Shown here piece by piece: positions 39,630-51,470 of a stretch of DNA of 64,000 nt. The DNA lies in the NCBI GenBank assembly GCA_022813865.1, contig JALDZX010000046.1, positions 62,001-126,000 on the forward strand. The letters are read 5' to 3'. The number at the start of each line of letters is the position of its first letter. Positions within the stretch are counted from its first letter, which is position 1. The position numbers and the translations under genes were made by a program. Below the pieces are notes generated by a model. The model ran no database searches and was not told the DNA's origin. It saw only the letters and a program-made list of their open reading frames with translations. Source of the stretch: Xylographa opegraphella. Lineage: Eukaryota.

Positions 39630-40246
39630 TATTGAGAGTTTAGATATAGATAAGATATCGAATGTGTCGTGGAGCAAGGCTACAACCTGTGGTTGACAGG
39701 CGGGGCATGCGGCTCAACTGTTGCACATGGCTACAACAACCCCACAGATGTAGCAGGATACGCAACAACCAATGGATTGTGTGGTGTAGATAGATGTTTC
39801 GGAATATCGAGAGATCCCAGGCAACATTTGACGCTGAGTAGCACCCGACAGCCTTATTCTTGTTGTTCTTAACTTGGCACGAACAAGAGGGAGGAGGAGC
39901 TCCGAGTAAGGTAGGCTGAACATGTGGTCATCGTGCTTTGCTTACGCATGCAGCACACATGGGTTCATCCGTGCTCGTGCCGGGGCCGGAGCCGGGGCAG
40001 GCCACCAATTGCGCTTCAACGATTGGCGCTGGTAGGCAGGAACCACCGGCTGTATCCGAGCACTAAAGCCGTATGCCACATTATTGAGTTTAATCTCCTA
40101 AATGAGCGTGATGAAGCGGTCGTATGGGAATTGGCACATATGCTAAGGTTCACTATGCAGAAGACGGGGACATCAAGAGGTGCGAATGGAAGTAGCAAAA
40201 GATAATCAAAGTCGGCATCACACGGTGGAGTAGAACTTTGACCCTC

Positions 40247-40900
40247 CTATCCAATGCTCACAATCTCTTCATTATAACCAAAAATCGTAAATCCCTGGAC
40301 GCATGGGGCGGTTCCGGTCTCGTTCTTAGTCTACCCAGTCGCGACATATCCTCCCCTCAAGTAAAAACGCTCGTTGTACTCCTTTACCAATGCCAGGACC
40401 ATCTGCACCTCTTTCCCATTGCCCACGGTCCTTCTCCTGATCTCCTCCTCAATCCAGCTTATCAATTTGCCAGCCAGCCTCAGTTTCTGTACCAGAGGAT
40501 CTACAGCCACGAGTATAAGCTCACGTCGCTCCACGTTGAGGTTCGGGTCGAACATTCTGGGCTACCATGAACCGATTCGCTAGTTCGACCTCGGGGTCAA
40601 AGGATTTGCCGGTGCGGCGTTTGGTGCTCGCGGTCGCAAATACTTGGAGATCCTCTCCACTATCGACTGGCGTATGAAGGACAAAGATGAAGGCGTCCGG
40701 TTCAATCTCATTCCCCGTTTGCATATTGCCGTGAAGGCGACGGAACGAGCTTGGAGCCAAGTCTTTCGGGTCTATGGTGACAGAATGACTAAAAGCCTTG
40801 TTTATCGAACCACACGTGTAATGTGCGAAGAACGAGTGCCTCAAGCTGGGACGTTGTGAGAAGTGATGCTCTGGTACGAATTCCACCGACGGAAACCGAT
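40247..40900 (-). pseudogene. Degenerate GNAT-family acetyltransferase
   Basis: Fragments in different frames: SINKAF, VFATAS, RELILVAVDPLVQKLRLAGKLISWIEEEI (motif A-like), LVKEYNERFYLRGGY; frameshift near 40560 and stop at 40331. Confidence 0.5.
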
Positions 40901-41386
40901 GCGTGAGTGATATTATCAGACGTGGAAGAACCGACTGTTTCCCGAGAACTTCCGTTGACCCTCGTAGGATACGTAGTTATACGAAAACGAAAAATAGGAA
41001 TAAAGCAAGTCTCGTAAATGACTGTCTCGGCTATCAGAATAACTATTTCTGCGTCTTGGCAATTCTGGCGTGCCAAATGTATGGAGCGGCAAGTACCTCG
41101 AAGCCTAATCTCGAGTATGCCTGTCTTTTTTGTTAGCAACACAATACTTGGGCTCGAAGAAAATCCAAGTAGTAGTGTGCGACCTTTGTATGATATTCGA
41201 GAACAGTAATCAGCTGAGCAAGCACCAAAATACAATGTTTTTACTCGTGAGCCTAACCGGTGAAGTCGGCGCGATTGATTTTCCTATCGCCCCGGACGAT
41301 GAATTCCTTGCTGTGGATGAAAGTCGCGGATAGTTTCTTATCAGCATCATATACCAGCAATAACATAGAGGGAGATGCCTCCGCCC

Positions 41387-42285
41387 TCAAAGTTTCGGCC
41401 TCCCAGCCCATCCGTCCTTCTCCCACTCTTGTACAACCTTCAAAGCATCCTCAGCCCGGGCCTGACTCGCAGTCATTCGACCGTCTTCATAGTCCTGAGC
41501 TACCTTCTCGTCTTGGTCCAACAAGGCAACGGTCTCCCTCCACATCTCCTCTTTCAGGCGTCCGTAAACCCCACTCTCTCCCTTTCCAACCAATTTCAAT
41601 TCTTCGATGAATGTCTTGGTCTCTTCCCATCCCCCAACTCCATCGATGATTTCTTCCCTCAGAGCCTCCAGAGCCTTGAAGCGCTTACTTTCCAGAATCA
41701 TTGTCCGATAGGTTTCTGGGCGAGGGAGCTTTTGGCGAAAGATTGAGGCCATCGGAGGCTTAAGGGGAGCTCCAAAGTCAAGTTCGTTTAGGCACAGGAA
41801 GCCTTTATGCGGGTTCATGATCCTGTAGTCGTGGAACATCGCAGTCATAAAGCCGGCAGCGAAAGCATGCCCATTGATCAAGGCGACGGTCGGCATGGGA
41901 TAGCTGGAAGATATATGATTAGCTCCCACCTAATCAAGCTAATGACATTGACATTATAGAAGAGTCGAAAGACCTACGTAAGCAATCTCCTCCAAAGAGG
42001 GTACAGGTAATCCTGCATGAAGCCTTTCGTCTTGATTGCATTCTTGTAATCTAGTCCGTTGCTGTAGAACTTTCCAATGGCGGACGTAGTCACGACGACT
42101 CCACGCGGGTACTTGTGCTCTATGATATCGAGAGCGAGCGAAAATGTTGTACAGAAAGCAGGCGTGGTCCGATTGTCAGGAGGTGATTGGAAAGTAAGGA
42201 GATAGACTTTGGGTGACGGCTGTGTACATATTATGCTACCATTGGGCTCAATGGATAGTGCGAACAATGGCGGAATCGGAGGCAT
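41387..42285 (-). CDS. Enoyl-CoA hydratase/isomerase family protein, probably peroxisomal
   Basis: YLLTFQSPPDNR, KFYSNGLD, intron, YPMPTVALINGHAFAAG, HDYRIMN, GFLCLNELDFG; C-terminal -PKL. Confidence 0.88.
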
Positions 42286-43489
42286 GCCTGCAGGACAACA
42301 AGCACGAGATTGCTGTGATATATGTGAGGATGAAGAAGAGGATGAAGAAAGCTTAGATCAGTAGAATAATAAGCTGTTATCGTAGTAGTCAGACATATAT
42401 CTACCTTACGCTGGACTAGATTGATAAGTTCAGCCCTGGATAAGTTGCTAAAAAGACCTCGGCTTCCAGCAGAGCCAGACGAGCCAGGAGTACCTCCTAA
42501 AAAGCACTTCACGGGGCCGAGGCACCTAAATCGACAGGCGGCACAAGCTTCGAGCTCCACTAAACAACCGCCTGAGGGCCTTGTTCTCAACTGTCCACAC
42601 CGTTGAAAGCACACTTCCACTCCTTTTGTATCTTCACTCAATAGCAAGCCGACGAGTATGGATTCCCGCAATATTATTCCTAGCCGAACAGAATATGTAC
42701 AAATAGCCAAAGGAACCATACTCTCCAAAACACCCTTGTTTGGGCGCCTCCACCTCATGATCCTTTCTGGCACCGCTCTTCCATGCTCTACTCACTTCCA
42801 TTCTCATGCCGCTTACCTGGACTCAAGTTCTTCACTTCTAACCCGCTATTCGCAGGGCACCGCTCAGATCTAGGTGCCCAAGAACATTCGGCACACCAGT
42901 CCGACAAATATCGGCCGTCTTATCGACCTTTTCCTTTTGCCACACGGACGTTCACTCCCTCAGCTCTAATCCGTTGAGATGCCTGATTTGTCCACGTACA
43001 AGCAACAAGTGCGAACAAGCAGCTCCAGAGTATATCGAGATTTCCATCGGTTTGGATACGACGGAACGTAATTCAAAGGTTCGTTCCAAACAATAAACCT
43101 CTGCTGCTGCAGTGGCAGTAGGGATCAGTAGCATGGTTAGTAGTAAAACCATTAGCCTACATGAAGATGCTCTGAGAGACTTTACAGATTATACAGACGA
43201 GAAACTACGTAACAAAGCCAAGAAGCCATGTTGGGAGACTGGTATTTAGCCAGTGCAAGCCGCTTCCATCTTTCTCGGCATGCGAGGTTGGACTGCGACA
43301 CTGCGTAAACATAAGCACTCACCCGAGGAAGCTGATTCATGTTTAGTCGATACATGCATCCAAAAAGCAAATTTATGTGCCATCAAGGTCTCGTGAACGC
43401 CTATCAAGTTAATTCTGTCTGGGTAATATTCGTAAGCCATACTCCACCAGCTTCTCTCCCACCTAAGCTATCAATGTTCGACAACAAGC

Positions 43490-44999
43490 CTAAGCGGCGG
43501 CCGCGGCCCGAGCTGCTGCTGCCATGTTATCCATCCCAATTGTTGGCACAACCCCCACTCTCTCCTTTGCCAAGATATCCACAAACAAGGGGCTTGGCCG
43601 ACTTTCGCGGTTTGGCGAGAAGATCGCTTGATTCTTCTTATACTTCTGTACACTATCCAGATATGCTTCGAAAAGATAGGAAGAGTCGAGTGGACCACCT
43701 TTGGCTTCTGGATGAAATTGGGTACTAAATATGGGACGAGACTTGTGGATCATACCTGGGTAGATGTTAGTGATGAAAATGGTTTCAAGTCAATCTGAAC
43801 TTACCCTCGTTACTTGAGTCGTTGAGGTTGACGAAGTATTCCTTCCAGTCACTTGGTAGAGTCGTAGCGTCGACTGCATATCCATGGTTCTGGCTCGTTA
43901 TATGACAACGGCCTGTGGTAAGATCCAGGGCCGGAATGTTGTGAGCACGGTTACCGTACTTAAGCTTTATCGTGCGTGCTCCCGCAGCCAGAGCCAGCAA
44001 TTGGTGGCCTAAACAGATGCCCATCGTCGGAACTTGAGACGATTCCATAAGCTTGCGCAAATGGTAGACAGTCTCCTGGCAATGGGTGGGGTCACCCGGA
44101 CCATTCGAGATGAAAACTCCATCGAAATGGTGGGCGACCTTGTGAATAGGGTAATCGTAAGGGAAGCAAGTCACGCTCGCTCCACGTGATACCAGGCTCC
44201 TCAGAATGTTCTCCTTCACACCGCAATCGATGACAGCGACATGTAAGTCACCACTCGGAGAGCTGACATGGAATGGGGCTTTGGTAGAGACTTGACGGAC
44301 GAGGTTGATCTGTTCTGGATCCGTAAAAGCCTCATCCTGATCAGCATCATATTCTTCGCCAATCGTGATACGTGCAAGAGAAGATCCTTGCTCGCGTAGG
44401 TAGGTCACAATGGCACGTGTGTCGACACCCGAGATAGCTGGAACACCTTCCCGTGCACACCAAGAACTTAGGCTCTCAACTGCAGTCCAGTGGCTATATT
44501 GTTCGGCAACATCTGCCACCACGACACCTACAGCTTGGATGTTGGGTGATTCAAAGTACTTGAGAAGCCCATTTTCATCACGGGCAGCGGATGGAACCCC
44601 GTAATTTCCAATGAGAGGCTGAGTGAAAACGAGTATCTGACCGCGGTATGAGGGATCCGTCAATGACTCAGGGTAGCCAACAAGAGAGGTCGTGAAGACC
44701 GCTTCTCCAGAAATGTTCGACTTTGCGCCAAAGGACTTGCCGCTGAATACAGGGCCATCCTGAAGATCATGGATTAGTATATAATATCAAGAGTAAAATT
44801 GGGGGTTGAATTATACTCTGATTGTGAATGTTGCTCGATCATGCGAAACAGGTGTCGCTCTGTATCGAGCTACAGGCATTTGGCGAGGAGTATTCTTCTC
44901 AACAGTTGCCAAACTGCGAGTCTGAAAAGATGTCTTTACCAGCTGTCTGAAAGCTAGGGTAGACCCCAAAGGTGCTTTCCTGAGGATAGGATGGAACAT
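43490..44999 (-). CDS. CPA1: Carbamoyl-phosphate synthase, arginine-specific small chain
   Basis: Mitochondrial presequence; [67 protein letters not shown]; two introns. Confidence 0.96.
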
Positions 45000-45056
45000 G
45001 GCTCCGAAATGTTTCAATCAAATGGTGTAGATGTAGTCCGATACTGTAATGAAGCC

Positions 45057-45267
45057 TCAATTCACGGAGGCTTTCCAAAGATGGTCTGTCCAGTATCAGC
45101 AGGTATATGGCAAGTACAGGGACGAGAACTACCAGAGATATAATCCTGGGGGGACAGAAAAAGTCAGTGGACGTTTTTACTCCAAAACCTTCGGCCAAAA
45201 CCAAAACCCAAATTTGCTAGGTAGTCAGACATACCTGAGAGGTAAAAACTGTAGGAGAACCACGCAT
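45057..45267 (-). promoter_or_regulatory. uORF encoding the arginine attenuator peptide (AAP), 24 aa, 3 exons
   Basis: Exons 45267-45235, 45145-45133, 45085-45057 give MRGSPTVFTSQDYISDHLWKASVN*, matching Neurospora arg-2 AAP MNGRPSVFTSQDYLSDHLWRALNA; stop lies 57 nt upstream of the CPA1 ATG. Confidence 0.93.
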
Positions 45268-48200
45268 ACGCGCAACAGTGCCTTTGCACCTAGTCAATCG
45301 ATTGTGGAGGGTTAGGTGCGACTGGGCATTCCTGGAGCGATTGTGGGATTGTGGTCTTCACCGTACTTTTGACGGAGGTAGTGGGGCAGGCCTGGTGCTT
45401 GTGGGCAGGGCGATGCTTCTGCGTAGTTTAGGAGGTTTAAGATACGAGTATCACTCTGCTGGAAGTTCGGTCGTCAAGAATTTAAGACGCAATGGATCAG
45501 AGAATTCGTAGTGGAGAAATTTTAGCTGCACGTCTTTGTCTTTTCCTATCACGTTCTCCTCGCTCGGATCGTAATCGGAACAACTCAGTGGGTCTTGGCA
45601 CACGCAAGTGCCACTGCACAGAGTTTTCTTAGCGTAAGGCTGACATGGCACTCCGAATTCACTCGTCAAGCACCTCCGTTACTCCAACCTTGCGATAAGG
45701 TAGATAAGCCATGGGGGAGCGAAAGAATTCCACAATGACCGACTGATGTTCTACTAGGTTATGGGTCAGGCTGCCTTAGTTTCGGAGCATTCGTTTTCAT
45801 CTGCGAGGATAAAGAAATACTTAAGCGGAGCTCGCCGACTTCGAGTATCTATGAATATATTCATCAGCTATATCTAATGACCATCGTAGTCACAATATTC
45901 TAAAGGCATCAAATGACACGATCAGCGATTGGAGAGATTTCTCTTGAGTATAGGTTACGTTCTGCTAGCCCTGCGAGGACCCTTTCTAGACGTGTCGATT
46001 CCTCGAACTATTGTCGTCGATATGCCAGATATCGGGAACGTCAGCACACCATATCACATCATACCAGCGCTGATATGGTGCGTGCCGTAGACAAGCGCAC
46101 ACGCTTGTTCGATTGGTTCCCTCCATACCTTAATACAGAAACCACGACCCTGTTCCTCCAATAGGGGTACTATCGTTCTTCCGTACGAGAAACGTACAAG
46201 TAACCAATAGCCTGCATAACAACAGCTCAGCACAATTAATCCGTCGCCCTTATAGACGAGAGGCCGGTGGAACGGTCAACACTCAAAAAAAGCGAATAGC
46301 AAAACTGCGATTCATCCTTCAGGGTATGTCGATTCCGACGAAAGGATAACAACATCATGGGAAATATCAAAAATCAATACCGGGCATAGAGATCTATTAC
46401 ATGTATGCCAACAGGGCATTTTCACCACAAGCCTTAGACACGAAAGGCTCATGTGGCCGCATATGGTGAAGTGAAGCTAAAGTTTCTTGAACCCGAAACT
46501 CGCTTGTGGTGATATAGGTCGTAGGCGGATCCCAGTGGCTTGACTGTTCTGCCGAGCACGGGCAGGACCACTGTTCAAGGCGTTTTCACACACGAGAACA
46601 CTAAGAACGCCCTTATTCTGATGTTAGTGATCGGCTGGCAGTCACCTGGTGGCTAGAATCGAGATGCGGAGTTTGGCCTCAATGGGGCAAGGCCAGATAC
46701 AAAGAATAAAAGCAAAACGTCTGAGAGGCGTTCCGGTGATATCGAACAACGATGACAAAGCCGTACGTTATTCCGCTCGACAATTATCCAACAGGCCTGT
46801 GTGCCGAAGTCGGCGGCGTGCGCTTGACTGGTGTTGCCGAATGCCCGGTTGTTGAGGTGAATTTTGCTTGGTACATTTTGTAGTATTAGATCTTGTCCAC
46901 CTACCTTAAGGTAACGCTTCAGACTCTGCATTAATGTTGTCTCAGATTCTCAAGTCTGCAGCTACCATCGGGACTTGCATCTGTAGGCATGGACCACATG
47001 TTTCCCGGATGTCTGACCTCGACAACCCCGCACTTTGATGGTGGGAAGATTGGTCTATTTCTGGTGGGTGATACACCGGTGCCGGCTGATCGAAGCTGAG
47101 CCACCGGGCGTCATGACCACAGCTGAAACGTAACTAAGTGCGTGTTGGATGATTGCGGCCTCAGCTGCACGCAGCACCGGTCATTTCTGGAAGTAGCGGA
47201 TGTGGCACGCGCGGGCGACGGGAAGTCGAACGGCTGGCTCGCATGTAACGAGCACAAGATTGTCAACTAAACACAATTCCGCCGTCAGCCCAATCATGTG
47301 AGATGTCGAGCATGTGAGAAGCTGAGCACCAACTCGAGTGAAATATGGGTAAATTAAAGCTGTCGCTTTAAGCATCACCGGCCAGTGGAGAAGTGCCCAC
47401 CTGCAGGAGGCCATGGACGGTCCCACCCCACGCAGGCATGTCGCAAAGGTCTTCTCCCAACGACGACGCGATGCCGGGATATAGGGATGAAGGTGGAAGG
47501 TGGCAGGTGGAGGGTAGCCAGTTAGCCAGTCGTCTATCGTGGAAGAATGGGATTGTGGACTGCGACGGGCAGGATCATCGGTGGTGCAGCCACCCAAGAC
47601 GGACTTGGGTCCGGGGTAAATGCTAGCATCTGGAACGAATCTGCCCAATCGGCTCTGGGTATAGCTCGCAAGGCCTAGAACACGGCATGAGCCCAGATCT
47701 GATAGGTGATTGGCGGATGGGGTGTGCTGGGTGCAAAGGGAAGGTCGAGGCAGGCAGGATCGTTGCGAAATTTATTAGTTAAGTTAGATGGACTGGCGGG
47801 CCTGGTTTAAGGTGGTAGCTTGGTAGTAGAGTACCTCCGACCGGACGAGGCTTGACTCTAGAGTCCAGACTATCGCAGCTGAGAAAGAAAGAAAGAAAGA
47901 AAGCCGACGCCTCCCATCATGATCAAAACACATTCCTTAACGGTGCTACCGCATTCTGTCCCTGTTATGTCCCATACATCTCGCTGTTTGTTGTTTCTTT
48001 GATTGACACGATCTCTACCACTCTGTTCTCGACCGGGCGTTTTCTCGGCCTAATAGTTGTACATACTCACTGCACCGAGCCGTGACCCCAAACGGTAGTC
48101 GCACATAACGGTCATAGAGGACGCGACTCATACGCTGGCTGGTACGGGGGCGCCAGTGCTTTTCGACCGACAAGAGGAATCCATATTCACTTCATCACCT

Positions 48201-48361
48201 AGTATTGTACAACACCTCAAGAGGTACGCCCTACACCACGCCTCTTGAGTAGCTACGACAGTGTCGGAAATCTCTGGAAGCCGAACCGCCGTTGTTTCAT
48301 CTTCTACTGATTTCGACAGCACATCTTCCACGTCTTGCCGTTGCCGGTCCTTACCATAGTC

Positions 48362-50211
48362 ATGGACAAAATGAAACGAAAGCTTGGCTTTGGTCTTGCT
48401 CCGATTGTGAGTATTGTATCCACCTGCTTCACGTCCAAGCCTGCTCCTCTCGCCATGCGCTGGGGTACTTATTTGCATTCTCGCGATTCAACTCTATCAT
48501 TGGACCATGTTAATTATTTTCTCAGAAGGTCCTAGCGTCCCAAAATATCGAGGTTTCAGAACCTCCGTCGCCAGAATATAGTCACACCACGCTTCCTCTC
48601 GACCGCCAGACTCTTTCACCACAGGTCCTCTCGGACCTTCGGGTGTCGTGCGCGAAGATCCTACAAGAAGTCGGTCCTTCAGGCGCCGAGTATGATGAAA
48701 TATTAAATCAGCGAGATCCGCTCGAGAAATATCACAGCGAACGAAAAGCTCTCACGGACCTACGGGTTCAGTCGCATAAATCCGAGCATGCGGCGTCGCG
48801 AAATCTTCAACGTTCCGACTCGGTACCATACAGTCATGTACCTACCAATGCCGCTCGTGACTTCAAAGCAACCGTATCCGGTCGTACTCGCGACCGCTCT
48901 AGGGACAAAGCTGGACCACACTTTGAGCCTCTGGAGCCTACACACACAACCATTTCAGGGTACAGTGCAGATCGCAAACCGGGCCTGAACGATCCTCTGT
49001 CCAATATCCGTGCCAACCTGGATATACGCCCCAAGACTTCCGCCGCGGCCTGTATCGACTACAATGGGCCCTCGGTCGGCACATCTTCTTCGACCTCACG
49101 TACAGCAACTACATATGATCCGGTACGCCCATCAACCGGCATTACTTCTCAAGCTATGACTCCTGCAAACGAGAAGCGTATTTCTCATCGAACTTCAGAG
49201 CCAGTGCCTCAAGATAACCCTGCCACTTCTGCTGCTGATGTTACCGCAAAGGCATGGATGGCGCAGGAGCTAGCACGTCGTCGTGCAGCCCAGGACTCTC
49301 GCATTCCATCTGTCGAGCCAAGTCGAGGCACCAGTATTCGCAGCAAACAGCCGAGTAACATATCCGAGATCGAACCTCCTCCATCTCGTGGAAATAGTAT
49401 CCGGTCTGGCATCAAAGGTTATATCCGGCCTCGTATGAGCTCAGATAGTGTACGTTCGGGTCGCTCTGAGAACTATTCGCGGCCGCTTTCGCGCGATCGA
49501 GATAGCTCTAAGCCTACCCACCATAGCTGGTGGCGTGGTGCAAGTGCTGGCCTCCGCCGCAAAGGCTCATGGTCGTCTTTCCGCATTGCCCGGACCGATG
49601 AAGAAGATTTCAATTACTCGGACGCAAGCGCCGGACAGAACCGTGGTCTGGACCTCAATCGATCGTTACCTCCCCTTCCAGGACTGGACCAGTATGTTGA
49701 GAAGAAGGAGGCAAAGCTTCACATCTCACAACTGATGGCTCGGAGAAATGTGCCTCTCAAATCACCAGATACCAATCAACGTCCTCCGGCATCTACTCAG
49801 AACTCTACAATAGGTCTATCAATTAACACGGGTGGCGTCACGGTCGTTGATTACAAAGGCTTGACACGAACTTTGTCTGCAAAAGAAACGCACTTGAGAG
49901 ATCAGGATCTAAAGCGGCTGGTGCAGGAGAAAATGCTCCGGGGAGCTCTCAGTCCTACCGGTAGTTCTGGCGGAGGCAGTTTGGGACGAGTCGGAAGTTC
50001 GGCGAGCAACCGGGAACACGATACTGAAGCTCGAAACCCACGACAGTCCGTAGGGGCAGTGCGGGATGAACAATCAGCTACTTTCAGAAGAATGGAGGTT
50101 AAGAAACCACAAATTGCGGTACAGTCCATGCCGAGCATAAAGAAGGAGGGGTTCAAGTCCAGATGGGCCCGCTTGATGGGAGGAGACAAAAAGCTTGCGC
50201 CGAAGACTTGA
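48362..50211 (+). CDS. Hypothetical Ser/Arg-rich protein
   Basis: MDKMKRKLGFGLAPI, intron (GTGAGT...CTCAG), in frame into the 522-aa ORF; motifs RPKTSAAACID, AKAWMAQELARRR, DLNRSLPPLPGLD. Confidence 0.75.
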
Positions 50212-51470
50212 AGGAGCCGTTGACGGCAAAATCATTTACTACGCGCGCTTCGCTACATTCTCTATCCTTTGGTACTGTCATCTGTTGTCTTGGACTCTGG
50301 CTATATGGCGTTCCAGCACGCGCGTTGGGTATAGGCGTTTTACCTTGCAGTTCCGCACAAGCACCATTACCGAGAGAGGGAACCACCATGTCCTTGTATG
50401 CCACTCTCCCACGCTGCGGATCAAAGTCGCTTGCTCCCTGAACTTTGATAACGCTCTTGACAACACCATTCAATCGAAACACATCAACGTATTTGGAAAG
50501 TAAATAGCGGGTTGAGCGGTCGTTACTTTTGCTGGCGCTTAGCACGGCGTCTAGGTATTGATACGCAAATGACGATGACGGTCTCAAAGCATACTTATAG
50601 ATTTATGTTGACTGTCCACGTCCCGGGGGGGCACGGTCCCTCTTTGCAAGCCGCGCGAGGAATTTTTGCTTTTTTTGGTGTCTACTTTGGAGGATGTCGG
50701 GCGAGCTCGACTCCCGCGATGTATCCGGCGGTCAGGCAGGTGGCTTACTTCACTTTGTGTATAGTTCATATCCTTGATTCTGAAGAGCTTTGGACCAAGA
50801 TCCATCGTTGTGAACAGCCCATGTGATCCGTAAATTTCCTTGGACTGGCACTCTAATCTTCCCGGCAGGCTGTCCTCCGACGAAAGTTGTCGTCCAGCCG
50901 CCATTTCCAATGGTGTTAGTCTACTGTAACTTCACACGCTGAGTTTCCTGTATTCTGGATTGGAGACGATCGTCTGTTGAATTCGTTCGGCTCGTGATGG
51001 TTTGAACAATACGCACGTACTTCTCGTTCCTGTGTCGATGAGGAAGCCAGGAGACGGATATTTTGTTGTTCCCTTTCAAGATGCTTGTTAAAGAGTATTT
51101 GGCCGATCAGTCCATTCAACCAACCTCGCATTCGTCTTTGCCATGCCTTTTACCGTCATCATTTGCCAAGACAGTGTACTGACAGTAATTGTAGAACATC
51201 ATGATTCAATTACATGTCTATAGTAATATCCTGCTCGGAAGGGATCGCAGCCTCGTCCTTACAGCGAGATCTAATTGGTTGACATCGCGGCTGACCTTCC
51301 TGCAGTGTAGCAAGCACAGCCACAATGATGAATTCGCTTGTTCTGCGACTGATTCGGCGTCTTTCCTTCAAGCAGCCTCTTGCCTACATATGTGTTTACG
51401 ACCTCCGGTCAAGTGCAATACGATTTGTCATCTATATGTAGACTACTTTGTTGGTCGTTGATTAGAGGTC

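Noticed and set aside
20798..42285. Peroxisomal lipid gene cluster (hydrolase, SPS19, enoyl-CoA hydratase)
   Set aside because: Spread over 20 kb with unrelated genes between them; no shared regulatory signal seen.
42421..43100. Possible decayed C2H2 zinc-finger gene (LPFSCRLPG, RPFPFATRTFT..LIR)
   Set aside because: Key Cys/His residues are missing and frames are broken; not supportable by eye.
45500..48300. ncRNA, tRNA or gene in the long intergenic region
   Set aside because: No tRNA cloverleaf, snoRNA boxes or coding signal recognisable; an Rfam search would be needed.
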